DNA of 64,000 bases. Source: an uncultured Gammaproteobacteria bacterium (lineage in GTDB: Bacteria > Pseudomonadota > Gammaproteobacteria > JAIEPX01). The stretch is from contig CAVRXV010000005.1 in the NCBI GenBank assembly GCA_963725255.1, positions 341,608 to 405,607 on the forward strand, read 5' to 3'. Position 1 is the first letter of the stretch, and every line of letters starts with the position of its first letter. Below are positions 20,891 through 30,434 of this stretch, in pieces. Under the pieces are notes generated by a model. The model did not search any database. It saw only the letters and a list, made by a program, of their open reading frames with translations, and was not told where the DNA came from. A program made the position numbers and the translations under genes.

Positions 20891-21592
20891 TTATTTTAAA
20901 GATAGATAATGCTTTCTTTTCGTGTCTGAAAATTTCTCAATAGAGTATCGCAGCATAGTTCTAGGCATTTTAGTGGCATGTTGATCAAGAAATTCAATTA
21001 GCATGATCTCGTCTTTTTTGCCGGCTTCTCTTAACATCCAACCAACAGCCTTATGAATTAAATCATGATCATCTTTTAATAAAAGTAGGGCAATCTTAAA
21101 CGTCCATTCAAGTTGATTTTTTCGAATAAAATACCACGTTGAGACAATGGCAATTCTTCGTTCCCACATGTCCTTTGATTTAGCCAAAGACACTAAAAAC
21201 TTTTTATCGTCATTTATCAAGTGTGCACCAATAATCAAATGAGCAGAGCAATCAACAAGATTCCAATTATTAACATGTTTTAAATGATCAAGATAAAATT
21301 GAAAGCGTTCATTGCGCGCGTTTATATCAGATTTCTGATATTGATTAACCAGTAGGATCAAGGCTAATAAACGTTCTTCATTAACTTTCGATTTTATTAA
21401 TTTGCTGATTTCTTCCAGAGGAATGTCAGAAAAGCTTTTCGCTATTTTGCGCAAATCAGGAACACTTACACCAATAAACTGATCGTGCTCAGCGTATCCG
21501 CCGGGATTTGTTTTAAAAAATACAGCATTATTGGTGCTCGATTCTTGTGCTAAACTATTTAAAGTTTGTTTGATTTGTGAAAGAGTGTTCAT
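20891..21592 (-). CDS. DNA alkylation repair protein (AlkD-like)
   Basis: FIGVSVPDLR, NNWNLVD, WERRIAIVST, KAVGWMLRE, MPRTMLRY. Confidence 0.9.
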   Translation of the reverse strand: MNTLSQIKQTLNSLAQESSTNNAVFFKTNPGGYAEHDQFIGVSVPDLRKIAKSFSDIPLEEISKLIKSKVNEERLLALILLVNQYQKSDINARNERFQFYLDHLKHVNNWNLVDCSAHLIIGAHLINDDKKFLVSLAKSKDMWERRIAIVSTWYFIRKNQLEWTFKIALLLLKDDHDLIHKAVGWMLREAGKKDEIMLIEFLDQHATKMPRTMLRYSIEKFSDTKRKHYLSLK

Positions 21593-21649
21593 AGCATATT
21601 CCTGGTTAATCTCTACACATTGGATAGAAAAATGAGGGGGGTACCCGTG

Positions 21650-22741
21650 CTAAACATTAAAACGGAAGTGCATCACATCGCCGTCTTTGACGATATAATC
21701 TTTACCTTCAACGCGTAATTTTCCGGCTTCTTTCGCGCCTTGCTCACCTTTGTAATTAATGAAGTCTTCGTAGGCAATGACTTCAGCACGGATGAACCCT
21801 TTTTGGAAATCAGTATGAATGACAGCAGCAGCTTGTGGTGCTGTTGCGCCGATATTCACAGTCCATGCACGCACTTCTTTTACGCCAGCGGTAAAATACG
21901 TTTGTAAACCGAGCAGGTCGTAACCAGCACGAATCACTCGATTTAATCCAGGTTCTTCCCAGCCGAGCTCGTGTAGATATTCCTTTTTTTCTGAAGTGGA
22001 GAGTGCCACTAATTGCGCTTCGAGTTCTGCGCAAATAGGAATAACGCTCGCTTTTTCTCGTTTTGCAATTTCTTCAACGATAGTTAATAAAGGATTATTT
22101 TCAAAGCCATGTTCATCAACATTGGCAACATAAAGAACTGGTTTAAGAGTAATTAATTGAAAAGGTTGCAATAATTCCACTGCATTTGTATCTAAATTCA
22201 ATGTGCGCACTGGGTTGCCCGCATCAAGATGCAATTTTACTTTTTCTAAAAGTTCTTGTTGTGCTTTTGCAACTTTATCGCCCGATCTTGCTGTTTTACT
22301 TACTTTAAGAAGTGCATTTGAAATCGTTTCTAAATCAGCTAATGCAAGTTCAGTGTTAATCACTTCGATATCATTTGCAGGATCAACTTTACCTGCAACG
22401 TGAATAATATCACCGCTTTCAAAGCAACGAACGACATGAGCAATCGCTTGTGTTTCACGAATATTCGCCAGAAATTTATTGCCTAAGCCTTCACCTTGAG
22501 AGGCGCCTTTCACAAGTCCTGCAATATCAACAAATGTCATTGAAGTAGGAACAATATTTTGTGGTTTTACAATATCCGCTAATTTATCAAGACGTAGATC
22601 TGGCATCGGAACGATTCCGACATGAGGATCAATCGTGCAAAAAGGAAAATTCGCAGCTTGAACGCTCGCTTCGGTTAATGCATTAAATAATGTTGATTTT
22701 CCTACGTTGGGAAGTCCAACAATGCCACATTTAAATCCCAT
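21650..22741 (-). CDS. ychF: Redox-regulated ATPase YchF
   Basis: [25 protein letters not shown]-terminal TGS domain. Confidence 0.98.
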   Translation of the reverse strand: MGFKCGIVGLPNVGKSTLFNALTEASVQAANFPFCTIDPHVGIVPMPDLRLDKLADIVKPQNIVPTSMTFVDIAGLVKGASQGEGLGNKFLANIRETQAIAHVVRCFESGDIIHVAGKVDPANDIEVINTELALADLETISNALLKVSKTARSGDKVAKAQQELLEKVKLHLDAGNPVRTLNLDTNAVELLQPFQLITLKPVLYVANVDEHGFENNPLLTIVEEIAKREKASVIPICAELEAQLVALSTSEKKEYLHELGWEEPGLNRVIRAGYDLLGLQTYFTAGVKEVRAWTVNIGATAPQAAAVIHTDFQKGFIRAEVIAYEDFINYKGEQGAKEAGKLRVEGKDYIVKDGDVMHFRFNV

Positions 22742-22769
22742 AATCTTTACTCACAAAAAAATTGATCAG

Positions 22770-23360
22770 TTATACATCAATTGCATTTGAATGCAATTCT
22801 CGAATGGCTTTTTGATGATCCCCAGAAATAAAAGTAGGCAGCACTTCAAGTGCGCTACGAATTGCAGACATGATTGCAGTATGTTCTTCATTACGAGGTG
22901 GTTTAAGCACATAATTAATGACTTCATTTCGATCACCCGGGTGATCTATGCCCAATCGAAGTCTATGAAAAGCTGGGCTGTGCAATTTTGCAATAATATC
23001 GCGTAATCCGTTATGCCCACCATGTCCGCCATGTTGTTTAAAACGTACTTGGCCTGCAGGAAAATCTAATTCGTCATGAACAATTAAAATTTCTTCAGGT
23101 AGGATTTTATAATAACTCGCCATCGCTTGAACGGACGTTCCGCTGAGATTCATATACGTTGATGGAATTAAAAGCCAGCATTCGTGTTCAGCGATTTTGA
23201 TATTGCCGATACTGCCGTGGAATTTATTATCGGAGCGTAAATTAACATGATGTTGACGAGTTAATTCTTCAACTAGCCAAGCGCCAACATTGTGGCGCGT
23301 CTCGGCATATTTTGGGCCTGGATTGCCCAAGCCCACGATTAGTCTGATAGGCGGTGTCAC
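22770..23360 (-). CDS. pth: Peptidyl-tRNA hydrolase
   Basis: VGLGNPG, TRHNVG, YMNLSG, HDELD, GGHNGL. Confidence 0.98.
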   Translation of the reverse strand: MTPPIRLIVGLGNPGPKYAETRHNVGAWLVEELTRQHHVNLRSDNKFHGSIGNIKIAEHECWLLIPSTYMNLSGTSVQAMASYYKILPEEILIVHDELDFPAGQVRFKQHGGHGGHNGLRDIIAKLHSPAFHRLRLGIDHPGDRNEVINYVLKPPRNEEHTAIMSAIRSALEVLPTFISGDHQKAIRELHSNAIDV

Positions 23361-24076
23361 TATTTCTCAGAAGATTCAGCTTCTTCACCACCTTCGCCCG
23401 CAGCTTTAGATTCAGCACCTTCTTCGCCAGCGGCCTCGGCCCCTTCAGCTCCTTCAACTGGAGCAACTTCTTCAGGTTCTTCAACAACTTTAGGAATATG
23501 AATACTGACTACGGCATGGTCATGAGCTTGGTCAGCACCATGAGCGAGTAGCATAAGTTCGACACCTTTAGGAATAGTAACATGGGTCAAGTGAATGACA
23601 TCATCCAATTGCATGTTCGCCAAATCCACCTCGATATATTCAGGTAGGTCAGCTGGCAAACAACGAATTTCAAGTTCATTCATATGGTGATTCACCACAC
23701 CACCAGCCAGTACGCCAGGTGCTTTCTCTTCATTCAAGAAATGTAATGGAACACTCATGGTGAGCTTCACGTCAGCGCTTACGCGTAAGAAGTCCATGTG
23801 TGTGATGCGTGGACGGCCAGGATTTCGTTGAATAGCCTTAACGATCACTTGCTGCTTCTTCTTGCCATCGATGTTCAACGTCAAAATGTGCGAGAAAAAC
23901 GCTTCGTTTTCCAGCGCGCGAATGACTAGATTGTGGGATAAAGAAATTGCCTCTGGCTCTTCTTTACCGCCATAGATAATTGCAGGTACCGTGTCCTCTA
24001 ATCGGCGCGTACGTCGGTTTGCAGCCTTACCAAAGGTATTGCGGCTTGCCACAGTCAAGTCAAATAAATTGGCCAT
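23360..24076 (-). CDS. rplY: 50S ribosomal protein L25/Ctc
   Basis: VPAIIYG, HMDFLRV, LPEYIEVD, acidic tail; start at MANL. Confidence 0.96.
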   Translation of the reverse strand: MANLFDLTVASRNTFGKAANRRTRRLEDTVPAIIYGGKEEPEAISLSHNLVIRALENEAFFSHILTLNIDGKKKQQVIVKAIQRNPGRPRITHMDFLRVSADVKLTMSVPLHFLNEEKAPGVLAGGVVNHHMNELEIRCLPADLPEYIEVDLANMQLDDVIHLTHVTIPKGVELMLLAHGADQAHDHAVVSIHIPKVVEEPEEVAPVEGAEGAEAAGEEGAESKAAGEGGEEAESSEK

Positions 24077-24332
24077 ATTCTTTACTCCACTACGAATACT
24101 GCGCGGTTTCAGCGCCTTAGACCGGTCGCATATCCGCTTAGTTATACAAAAGCCGGACATTGTAGCGGCATTTTAGTGAAAATACTAGCCGCAGAATGAG
24201 ATTTTGTGGCTCTCTATAATGCCTCCAAAATGAGGTTGCTAACCCTGGTCTGACTTCCTTAACATCATTCCCTGAATATGCTTTTCGGCCTCCCATCCTT
24301 CATCGTCCTGAAACCCGCATTTCTTCGTTGAT

Positions 24333-24428
24333 ATCACGGAATTGGAACCAATAACGTGATAAAAATCACATTATTGGAACGAATAACGTGAGATTTATCA
24401 CGAAATCGGAACGAATAACTTGATAAAT
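24333..24428 (+). repeat. Three tandem 32-bp palindromic repeats overlapping the promoter
   Basis: ATCAC-nnn-AT(T/C)GGAAC-n-AATAAC(G/T)TGA units at 24333, 24365, 24397; TTGATA-17-TATTAT at 24420-24448. Confidence 0.85.
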
Positions 24429-24455
24429 AGGGGGTGCTTTGCTATTATTGATGCC

Positions 24456-25778
24456 ATGGAACGCATACTTTATCAGAAACTCGTTGCTTGGAAACATTCG
24501 GAAGGCCGAAAGCCCTTGATGCTAGAAGGGGCTCGCCAGGTGGGTAAAACCTACCTGTTAAAAAAACTGGGCAAAGAAGAGTATGAGCATTTCTATTATT
24601 TAAACTTCAACGAAAACCCTGATGCATGCTCCTTATTTGAAGGCAACATTGGCGCTAAAGCAATATTGGAGAAATTGGGCATCTATTTTCAAGCGCAAAT
24701 TACACCGCACAATAGCTTGATTTGCTTCGATGAAATTCAAGACTGTGATGGGGCTTTGGCGTCGCTGAAATATTTTTGTGAAGATGCGCCCGAATATCAT
24801 CTCACAGCAGCAGGTTCATTATTGGGTGTGAAATTAAAAGGAAAAAAAGGATTTCCTGTTGGAAAAGTCACCATGCGACAGTTGCATCCGCTTTCATTTG
24901 AAGAATATCTGCGAGCCATTGATAAAACAGGATGGATAAAATTATTGGGTGAAGTTAATGTCAAAGAAAAAATTCCCGAAGTCTTTCATAATGATTTAAT
25001 CGATGCTTTAAAAACATATATGTTTGTTGGTGGAATGCCTGAGGCCGTTGCAAAATATGTTCAAACAAAAGACTTCGAAGAAGTACGACAAATTCAGAAA
25101 GATATCTTACGAACCTATGAACTCGATTTCGCAAAGCATGCAACACCTGCAGAAGCCGCAAAAATCTCTAACATTTGGGATACTATTCCATCGCAGCTTG
25201 CAAAAGAAAACAAAAAATTTATTTACTCGGTGATAAAAGAAAGCGCCAGAGCGCGGGAATATGAAACTGCAATTCAGTGGTTAGTTGATGCTAATCTCAT
25301 TACAAAATGCTACAACATCTCAAAACCGGGGATTCCCCTCAAAAGCTACGCAAACCATGAAGTATTTAAAACCTATTTGCTCGACGTTGGTTTGCTCGGT
25401 GCAATGAGCCAGCTCAATCCTAAAGTTCTATTAGAAGGAAATAATCTTTTTGTCGAATACAAAGGTGCTTTGACAGAAAACTACATCGCACAATCGCTAA
25501 CAACTTTCCTTGAACACCAACTTTTTTACTGGACTAGCGAAGGTAAGGCCGAAGTAGATTTTGTCGTCGACATAAACGGTACTCCAATACCTATGGAAGT
25601 TAAATCAGGACAGTCCACCAAGAAAAAAAGTCTTCAAGTTTACGTCGAAGAATATTCACCACCGATTTCAGTTCGCACCTCTCTGCGCAATATTGCATAT
25701 GATGGAAAGTTATTGAATGTTCCACTGTATGCGATTAGCCAGCTGCAAATGCTGATAAATGAAATTTTGGCAGTGTAA
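24456..25778 (+). CDS. AAA_14 ATPase with DUF4143 / PD-(D/E)xK-like C-terminus
   Basis: GARQVGKT, FDEIQ, GGMPE, YLLDVGLL, ENYI, EVDFV..MEVKS. Confidence 0.9.
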   Translation: MERILYQKLVAWKHSEGRKPLMLEGARQVGKTYLLKKLGKEEYEHFYYLNFNENPDACSLFEGNIGAKAILEKLGIYFQAQITPHNSLICFDEIQDCDGALASLKYFCEDAPEYHLTAAGSLLGVKLKGKKGFPVGKVTMRQLHPLSFEEYLRAIDKTGWIKLLGEVNVKEKIPEVFHNDLIDALKTYMFVGGMPEAVAKYVQTKDFEEVRQIQKDILRTYELDFAKHATPAEAAKISNIWDTIPSQLAKENKKFIYSVIKESARAREYETAIQWLVDANLITKCYNISKPGIPLKSYANHEVFKTYLLDVGLLGAMSQLNPKVLLEGNNLFVEYKGALTENYIAQSLTTFLEHQLFYWTSEGKAEVDFVVDINGTPIPMEVKSGQSTKKKSLQVYVEEYSPPISVRTSLRNIAYDGKLLNVPLYAISQLQMLINEILAV

Positions 25779-25920
25779 ATTTGGTTATGTTGATTATGAA
25801 AAACAGATTTATGATAACAAGACTCAGTAATGAGTGAAATAAAGATTTATCATGCTGAAAATTATAAGATATAATTGTTATACGATCAGGTTAATCAGTT
25901 TATTGATTGAATTGTTGTTT

Positions 25921-26352
25921 CTAATTGAGCTTACAGTCGCCACTATTTTTTTCGGCAATAATAACTTCTAAGTCATCTTTGCCGTTTGGTGTGTAGTTTG
26001 GCAGCAGTTTACATAGATCTACAACCCGTGATAAATATTGACTAGCCTGTCCTTTGAGTATTGCTGATTTTATTAGATCAAGTTTGCCATTGAATTCCAA
26101 TATGGCAGCTTTGCCAGGTTCAAATTTATTTAGATTCAGTTTTTCTTTTGCGTGTTCAACTGCTGCTTTTTGAGTATCGAAAATCGGAAAACCTTGATCC
26201 AAGCGCCACTCAACGCGTGGTAATAATTCACCAATGCGTTCAGAGATCGATTTTAAGTTGAGCGTTGGCGTGTTGCGTGGGCTAGTAATTACAAGATAAC
26301 AATGAGTTTTTTCACGATCTGTTTTCGTAGCAGTAGTTGGTGACTTGAACAT
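25921..26352 (-). CDS. Hypothetical protein
   Basis: 143-aa ORF with AGGAGG RBS. Confidence 0.7.
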   Translation of the reverse strand: MFKSPTTATKTDREKTHCYLVITSPRNTPTLNLKSISERIGELLPRVEWRLDQGFPIFDTQKAAVEHAKEKLNLNKFEPGKAAILEFNGKLDLIKSAILKGQASQYLSRVVDLCKLLPNYTPNGKDDLEVIIAEKNSGDCKLN

Positions 26353-26389
26353 TATATCCTCCTACTAGTCAGGACTTGGTACCACTTCT

Positions 26390-29300
26390 TTATCGCCTAT
26401 GCCCTGGTCCTCTATTAGCAGGTTGCGGTTCGACGACAAACTCATTCAAAAGAAAATCATGCCGACACAATCGCCCCTGTCGAAAACCGTTATCAAAATC
26501 ATGGAAACTCAAGATATGTTCACCGACTGCGGCCGCAGTCGGCCAATAGCCAACATCATAGTTTCTAGGATTTTGTTGGATCAACTGTCTCTCTGGGTTT
26601 AAATGTAAATTGCGACTATACAAACCGTCATTTCGAGGGCCACTAGCAGCGGTCAATAAAATAAAATTACTATCATCTCGAATGATGAGGGCGGGAGTTT
26701 TGTGTTGATGTAATCCTTGTCCTTGATTTTGTCCTAAATAATAAGGGCCAGTAAACGCAACACCTTGATGTTGCACCACTCCAATCATAATGCCGATACG
26801 ATTTCCAGATTCAAAAGCAATGACGAGGGTGTTTTCTTTAGCCGCAACGGTAGGATTACGGATTCCGTGATCATTGAGTTGGGTGACTGATCTTCCCCAT
26901 CGGATGGTGTCATCAGCGATCGTTCCAATTCGATAAAACAAATTCCCCGTTGCTATGTTTTCATGGCAGTGAACTTCTATTACACGATTCGCATCTAAAA
27001 ATGCGATTGATGCTTGACTGCCAGAATGCAGTGGATTTTCATTGTAGTTAGTCCAGATCACCTGGTCGTTATTGCAATTTGCGAGTTTGAAATGCAGGTG
27101 CGCACCATTTTGTGCGACCGCAAGAACTCGGTTATTTCTGATAGCAATACGTGGATGCGAAAAATTGTTGCCTTCAAAGGGCGAAACTTGAAAATCTTCC
27201 CAATGTAATGACGCTTCATTCTCAAAATATTTTCCGACATTGAAACAAATTTCATTTGTCTTCGGCTCTTTAAACAATAGCAACACGGTTCCATGGGTTC
27301 CATTGTCTCTTGCGCAGACTGAAGGACGCAAGAGTGTTGGAGCAGCCATATTCAAAGCTTGGAGCTCATTTTGACGAGGATGTTCATGCGGTGGGGGCAA
27401 TAATCCAAATCTCGCCAAAGCACGACGGGTTGCTGGATGATTAGCCAGTGGTCTTATTGGGCCTGCTCCATCAGGAATACCTAAGATATTATGAAGTAAT
27501 TGCCGGGCTCTTTGATTCCGTTGCTCTGCTTCATTTTGTGGGCCCCTCACAAAAATCAGACATAAGACAAAATAATAGAGTAGGTTGTTGTATTCTTGAC
27601 CATGCACAAAGTGTGGCTCTCTTGCTTCGAGATGCTCCATCAACTCAAAAATCAAATTAAATTGATGCTGACGTGTCCACGCACCGTGATAATTTTCACG
27701 AACAAAATCGTCCAATCCCGAAGCGCGCAAGACTCTTCTATCAATATAATTAAGTGCGTGCGCTTTACTCCAAAGAATAGCTGCTGATCTTCTCTCACGT
27801 TCCGTTTCAAAATCTAACATATGACGCTGAGCCTCGCCGCGAACATTGACAAATCCATAAGATTGCAGTTGAGCCACTTCTAAACCGCTCTCCGTAGAAC
27901 CCATACATTGGGTATGTGATAAGGCTCTATAGACTTCGGCATAATTTGTAGGAAATCCAAATCCCAAATGCATTCTAGATTTGATTAGAGTTGCTAGGAA
28001 ATAATCGGGTCCATTTACGCTTTGTGGAGAGGAACATGCACTCGTAATCCATTGACGCGCTTCAGAAACTTCATTCGGAGTTGGCACGTGGTCACTGTCG
28101 AGAACCAGTAACTTGGCAACCCAAGCTTGCGCGAAAACTACTCCTCGACGCGCAAGACGACGCAACTCGTTGAGTGCTGGTAGAAATACTGGATTCGGTG
28201 GATTCTGATTTCTGGGTTGTTCGGCCGCACCAGCTTGTTGTTCTTGAGCTTGAACTGGTCTCTGTTGCTGAAGCGCTTGTTCTGGAGCAGCTTGATCAGG
28301 CTGCTCTCGGTTATTCATCACTTGCGCTTCTGCTGCTGCCCCTTGCTCACCTGGTAGTACTGGAGCAGCTTGGGCAGCCTGCTCTTGATTATCCATCATT
28401 TGCGCTTCTGCTGGCACCTGTTGCTCAACTGGTAGTAGTGGAACAGCTTGAGCGGCCTGCTCTTGATTATTCACCGCTTGCACTTCTGCTGGCGCCTCTC
28501 CTTCAGCTGCTTGTGCAGGGGCAGCTACATGCTCATTCTGCCCAGGATTTTGGGCCGCTTGGGCTGGAGGGGCATCGCCAACCTGTTCTTGCACAGCCCC
28601 AGCTTCAGCATTCTCAGGATGAAGATAATTAAATACTGCTAAATATGTTTGTTGCCTTACTTTTCCATCACATTCAATTCGATGTACAGGATCTTGATAA
28701 ATAAAATCTCCAGGCTCTTCCGCTTTAAGGCATCTTCGCGCTGCATCAAGATCTTGTCTCTCAGGGGGTGTCTTCCAGTGGATGTACCCCAGTTCTGCCC
28801 GACCTCTTGGACAGAGTGAATCTGTAGCTAATTCCATTGCACGTTGTAAATTTCTCCTCACCCGATACGCATGAATGTAGCAAAATGCCAAATGAGCCAT
28901 GGCAAGATGTGCTAAGGAATTACAATCCGCAATATTTTGAAAAGCTGACAGTAAAATCAGAGACGCCGGCTCATATGGATCTATTTGAAAACACGCTTCT
29001 AATAAACGAAATGCCGTACGAGAAATGTTATAACTCTCATTTTGACCAACCGGTTCCATACCCAGATTTTGCTCTTCTTTTCCTTTTTCATCGGCAGATG
29101 CGGGTAAGTCTAAATCGCGGTTAAGCGCCTGTTCTCCCGCCGTTTTCTCAATGCCTGAGAGTCGCTTTTCAATCTGCTTTAACTTGGAATTAATCTTCTT
29201 TAACTTGGAATTCGCTTTGCCCTGCGCAGTATCCGGCTTGCAACTTGGTGGTTGAATAATGCCTTTCAATATCTCTGACGTTTCTTGCTCATTCAGAACT

Positions 29301-30421
29301 TCGGCGTCTTCAGGTCTGAATTGACGATAATGAGTCATCATTTCAGAAATACGATGAAATACGGTGACAGAAATCAAAGAGCGATGTTGATTCGCATTAG
29401 GATTTACATAACTCAAATTTGAGTGTAGATCCGAATGATGCTCGCGGTAGAGATTAAATAAAGCCGCCACTTCATGGAGTTTTTCAGAAAATAAATCTCC
29501 ATCCTTTCGGGTGAGATAGCACAATGCAATACTCGAAAATAATAATAACAAACGAATCTCATGTCGTTTGGTCGCTTTCGCATTAGAGTAAAAATGTTCG
29601 AGAAAATCCACGACTCGTTTAAAATACTCTGCAGCTCTTAGAAAAGACCCGTTTTGGAAATGCGCACAGGCTCTTAGTAAAAAATAATCTGATGCATTCA
29701 ATGCAGTATTTCTATCTTCTCGTGAAAAGTTATGATCCTTTTGAAATATACGAGATAATAAATCTGTGTTTTCCGTCTCCCATTCGCCCACCAAACGAAT
29801 GACTTCATCAGCTTGATATGCTTGAAATGAAAGATAGGTTTGTCCTATGTGCTGTAATTGAGGCGGAGGTTCGGACTCAAGCATCTCACGAATGATGGCG
29901 AAAGCTTCATCGCCATGATCTTGCAACAATTTGACTCGAGCTTTTAAAAAAATCCATTTCGAATTTGTATTAGGGATATCTTGTGCGTTGAATTCCTCAA
30001 CCAGACGTGCTGCCTCATCAATTTGATGCGATTGCAAATACGCGTTCATTGTCTCATAATATATTTCGCATAAGATATGATTTTCTGATCCTGTATATTC
30101 TCGGTCTCCAATTGAAGTTTTGAAAGCATTGATTGCTCGACGTAAAAGAGCAGCAGCTTCTCTCCAATTTTTCCATTGCTGCAATTCTGCTGCTCGCAGA
30201 AGATATTCGTATGATTGTAGTTGTTGTCGCAAACGCTGCCCATTAGCATCCCGTTCCTGATGAGCTCTTTGCAGACCCATCTGTTCTCTTTGTAAGTTGT
30301 TTTGCTGGTAGTTTTGAATCCCTGTGAGCAATGCATTAAGGCCAGTCCCTATACCGGAAGCATACATATCCCGATTTTCGCTAAAATGATCTCCCCAGGT
30401 TCTCTCATCACCATTTCTCAT
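26390..30421 (-). CDS. Large TPR/Sel1-like protein with internal 26-aa repeats and a C-terminal beta-repeat domain
   Basis: 1343 aa; helical repeats; Q/A/P-rich linker; C-terminal VIEVH..LFYRIG..IRWG..YDVG..P repeats. Confidence 0.75.
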   Translation of the reverse strand: MRNGDERTWGDHFSENRDMYASGIGTGLNALLTGIQNYQQNNLQREQMGLQRAHQERDANGQRLRQQLQSYEYLLRAAELQQWKNWREAAALLRRAINAFKTSIGDREYTGSENHILCEIYYETMNAYLQSHQIDEAARLVEEFNAQDIPNTNSKWIFLKARVKLLQDHGDEAFAIIREMLESEPPPQLQHIGQTYLSFQAYQADEVIRLVGEWETENTDLLSRIFQKDHNFSREDRNTALNASDYFLLRACAHFQNGSFLRAAEYFKRVVDFLEHFYSNAKATKRHEIRLLLLFSSIALCYLTRKDGDLFSEKLHEVAALFNLYREHHSDLHSNLSYVNPNANQHRSLISVTVFHRISEMMTHYRQFRPEDAEVLNEQETSEILKGIIQPPSCKPDTAQGKANSKLKKINSKLKQIEKRLSGIEKTAGEQALNRDLDLPASADEKGKEEQNLGMEPVGQNESYNISRTAFRLLEACFQIDPYEPASLILLSAFQNIADCNSLAHLAMAHLAFCYIHAYRVRRNLQRAMELATDSLCPRGRAELGYIHWKTPPERQDLDAARRCLKAEEPGDFIYQDPVHRIECDGKVRQQTYLAVFNYLHPENAEAGAVQEQVGDAPPAQAAQNPGQNEHVAAPAQAAEGEAPAEVQAVNNQEQAAQAVPLLPVEQQVPAEAQMMDNQEQAAQAAPVLPGEQGAAAEAQVMNNREQPDQAAPEQALQQQRPVQAQEQQAGAAEQPRNQNPPNPVFLPALNELRRLARRGVVFAQAWVAKLLVLDSDHVPTPNEVSEARQWITSACSSPQSVNGPDYFLATLIKSRMHLGFGFPTNYAEVYRALSHTQCMGSTESGLEVAQLQSYGFVNVRGEAQRHMLDFETERERRSAAILWSKAHALNYIDRRVLRASGLDDFVRENYHGAWTRQHQFNLIFELMEHLEAREPHFVHGQEYNNLLYYFVLCLIFVRGPQNEAEQRNQRARQLLHNILGIPDGAGPIRPLANHPATRRALARFGLLPPPHEHPRQNELQALNMAAPTLLRPSVCARDNGTHGTVLLLFKEPKTNEICFNVGKYFENEASLHWEDFQVSPFEGNNFSHPRIAIRNNRVLAVAQNGAHLHFKLANCNNDQVIWTNYNENPLHSGSQASIAFLDANRVIEVHCHENIATGNLFYRIGTIADDTIRWGRSVTQLNDHGIRNPTVAAKENTLVIAFESGNRIGIMIGVVQHQGVAFTGPYYLGQNQGQGLHQHKTPALIIRDDSNFILLTAASGPRNDGLYSRNLHLNPERQLIQQNPRNYDVGYWPTAAAVGEHILSFHDFDNGFRQGRLCRHDFLLNEFVVEPQPANRGPGHRR
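28281..28497 (-). repeat. Intragenic 78-bp tandem repeat x3
   Basis: gctct(t/c)g(a/g)ttat..gc(g/a)cttctgctg units at 28303, 28381, 28459. Confidence 0.85.
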
Positions 30422-30434
30422 AATTAAAAGTTCC

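Noticed and set aside
24333-24428. CRISPR array interpretation of the 32-bp repeats
   Set aside because: Units abut without unique spacers, are degenerate, and no cas genes are present
28174-28642. Leu/Val-rich repetitive plus-strand ORFs
   Set aside because: Antisense reading of the 78-bp repeats in the 1343-aa gene
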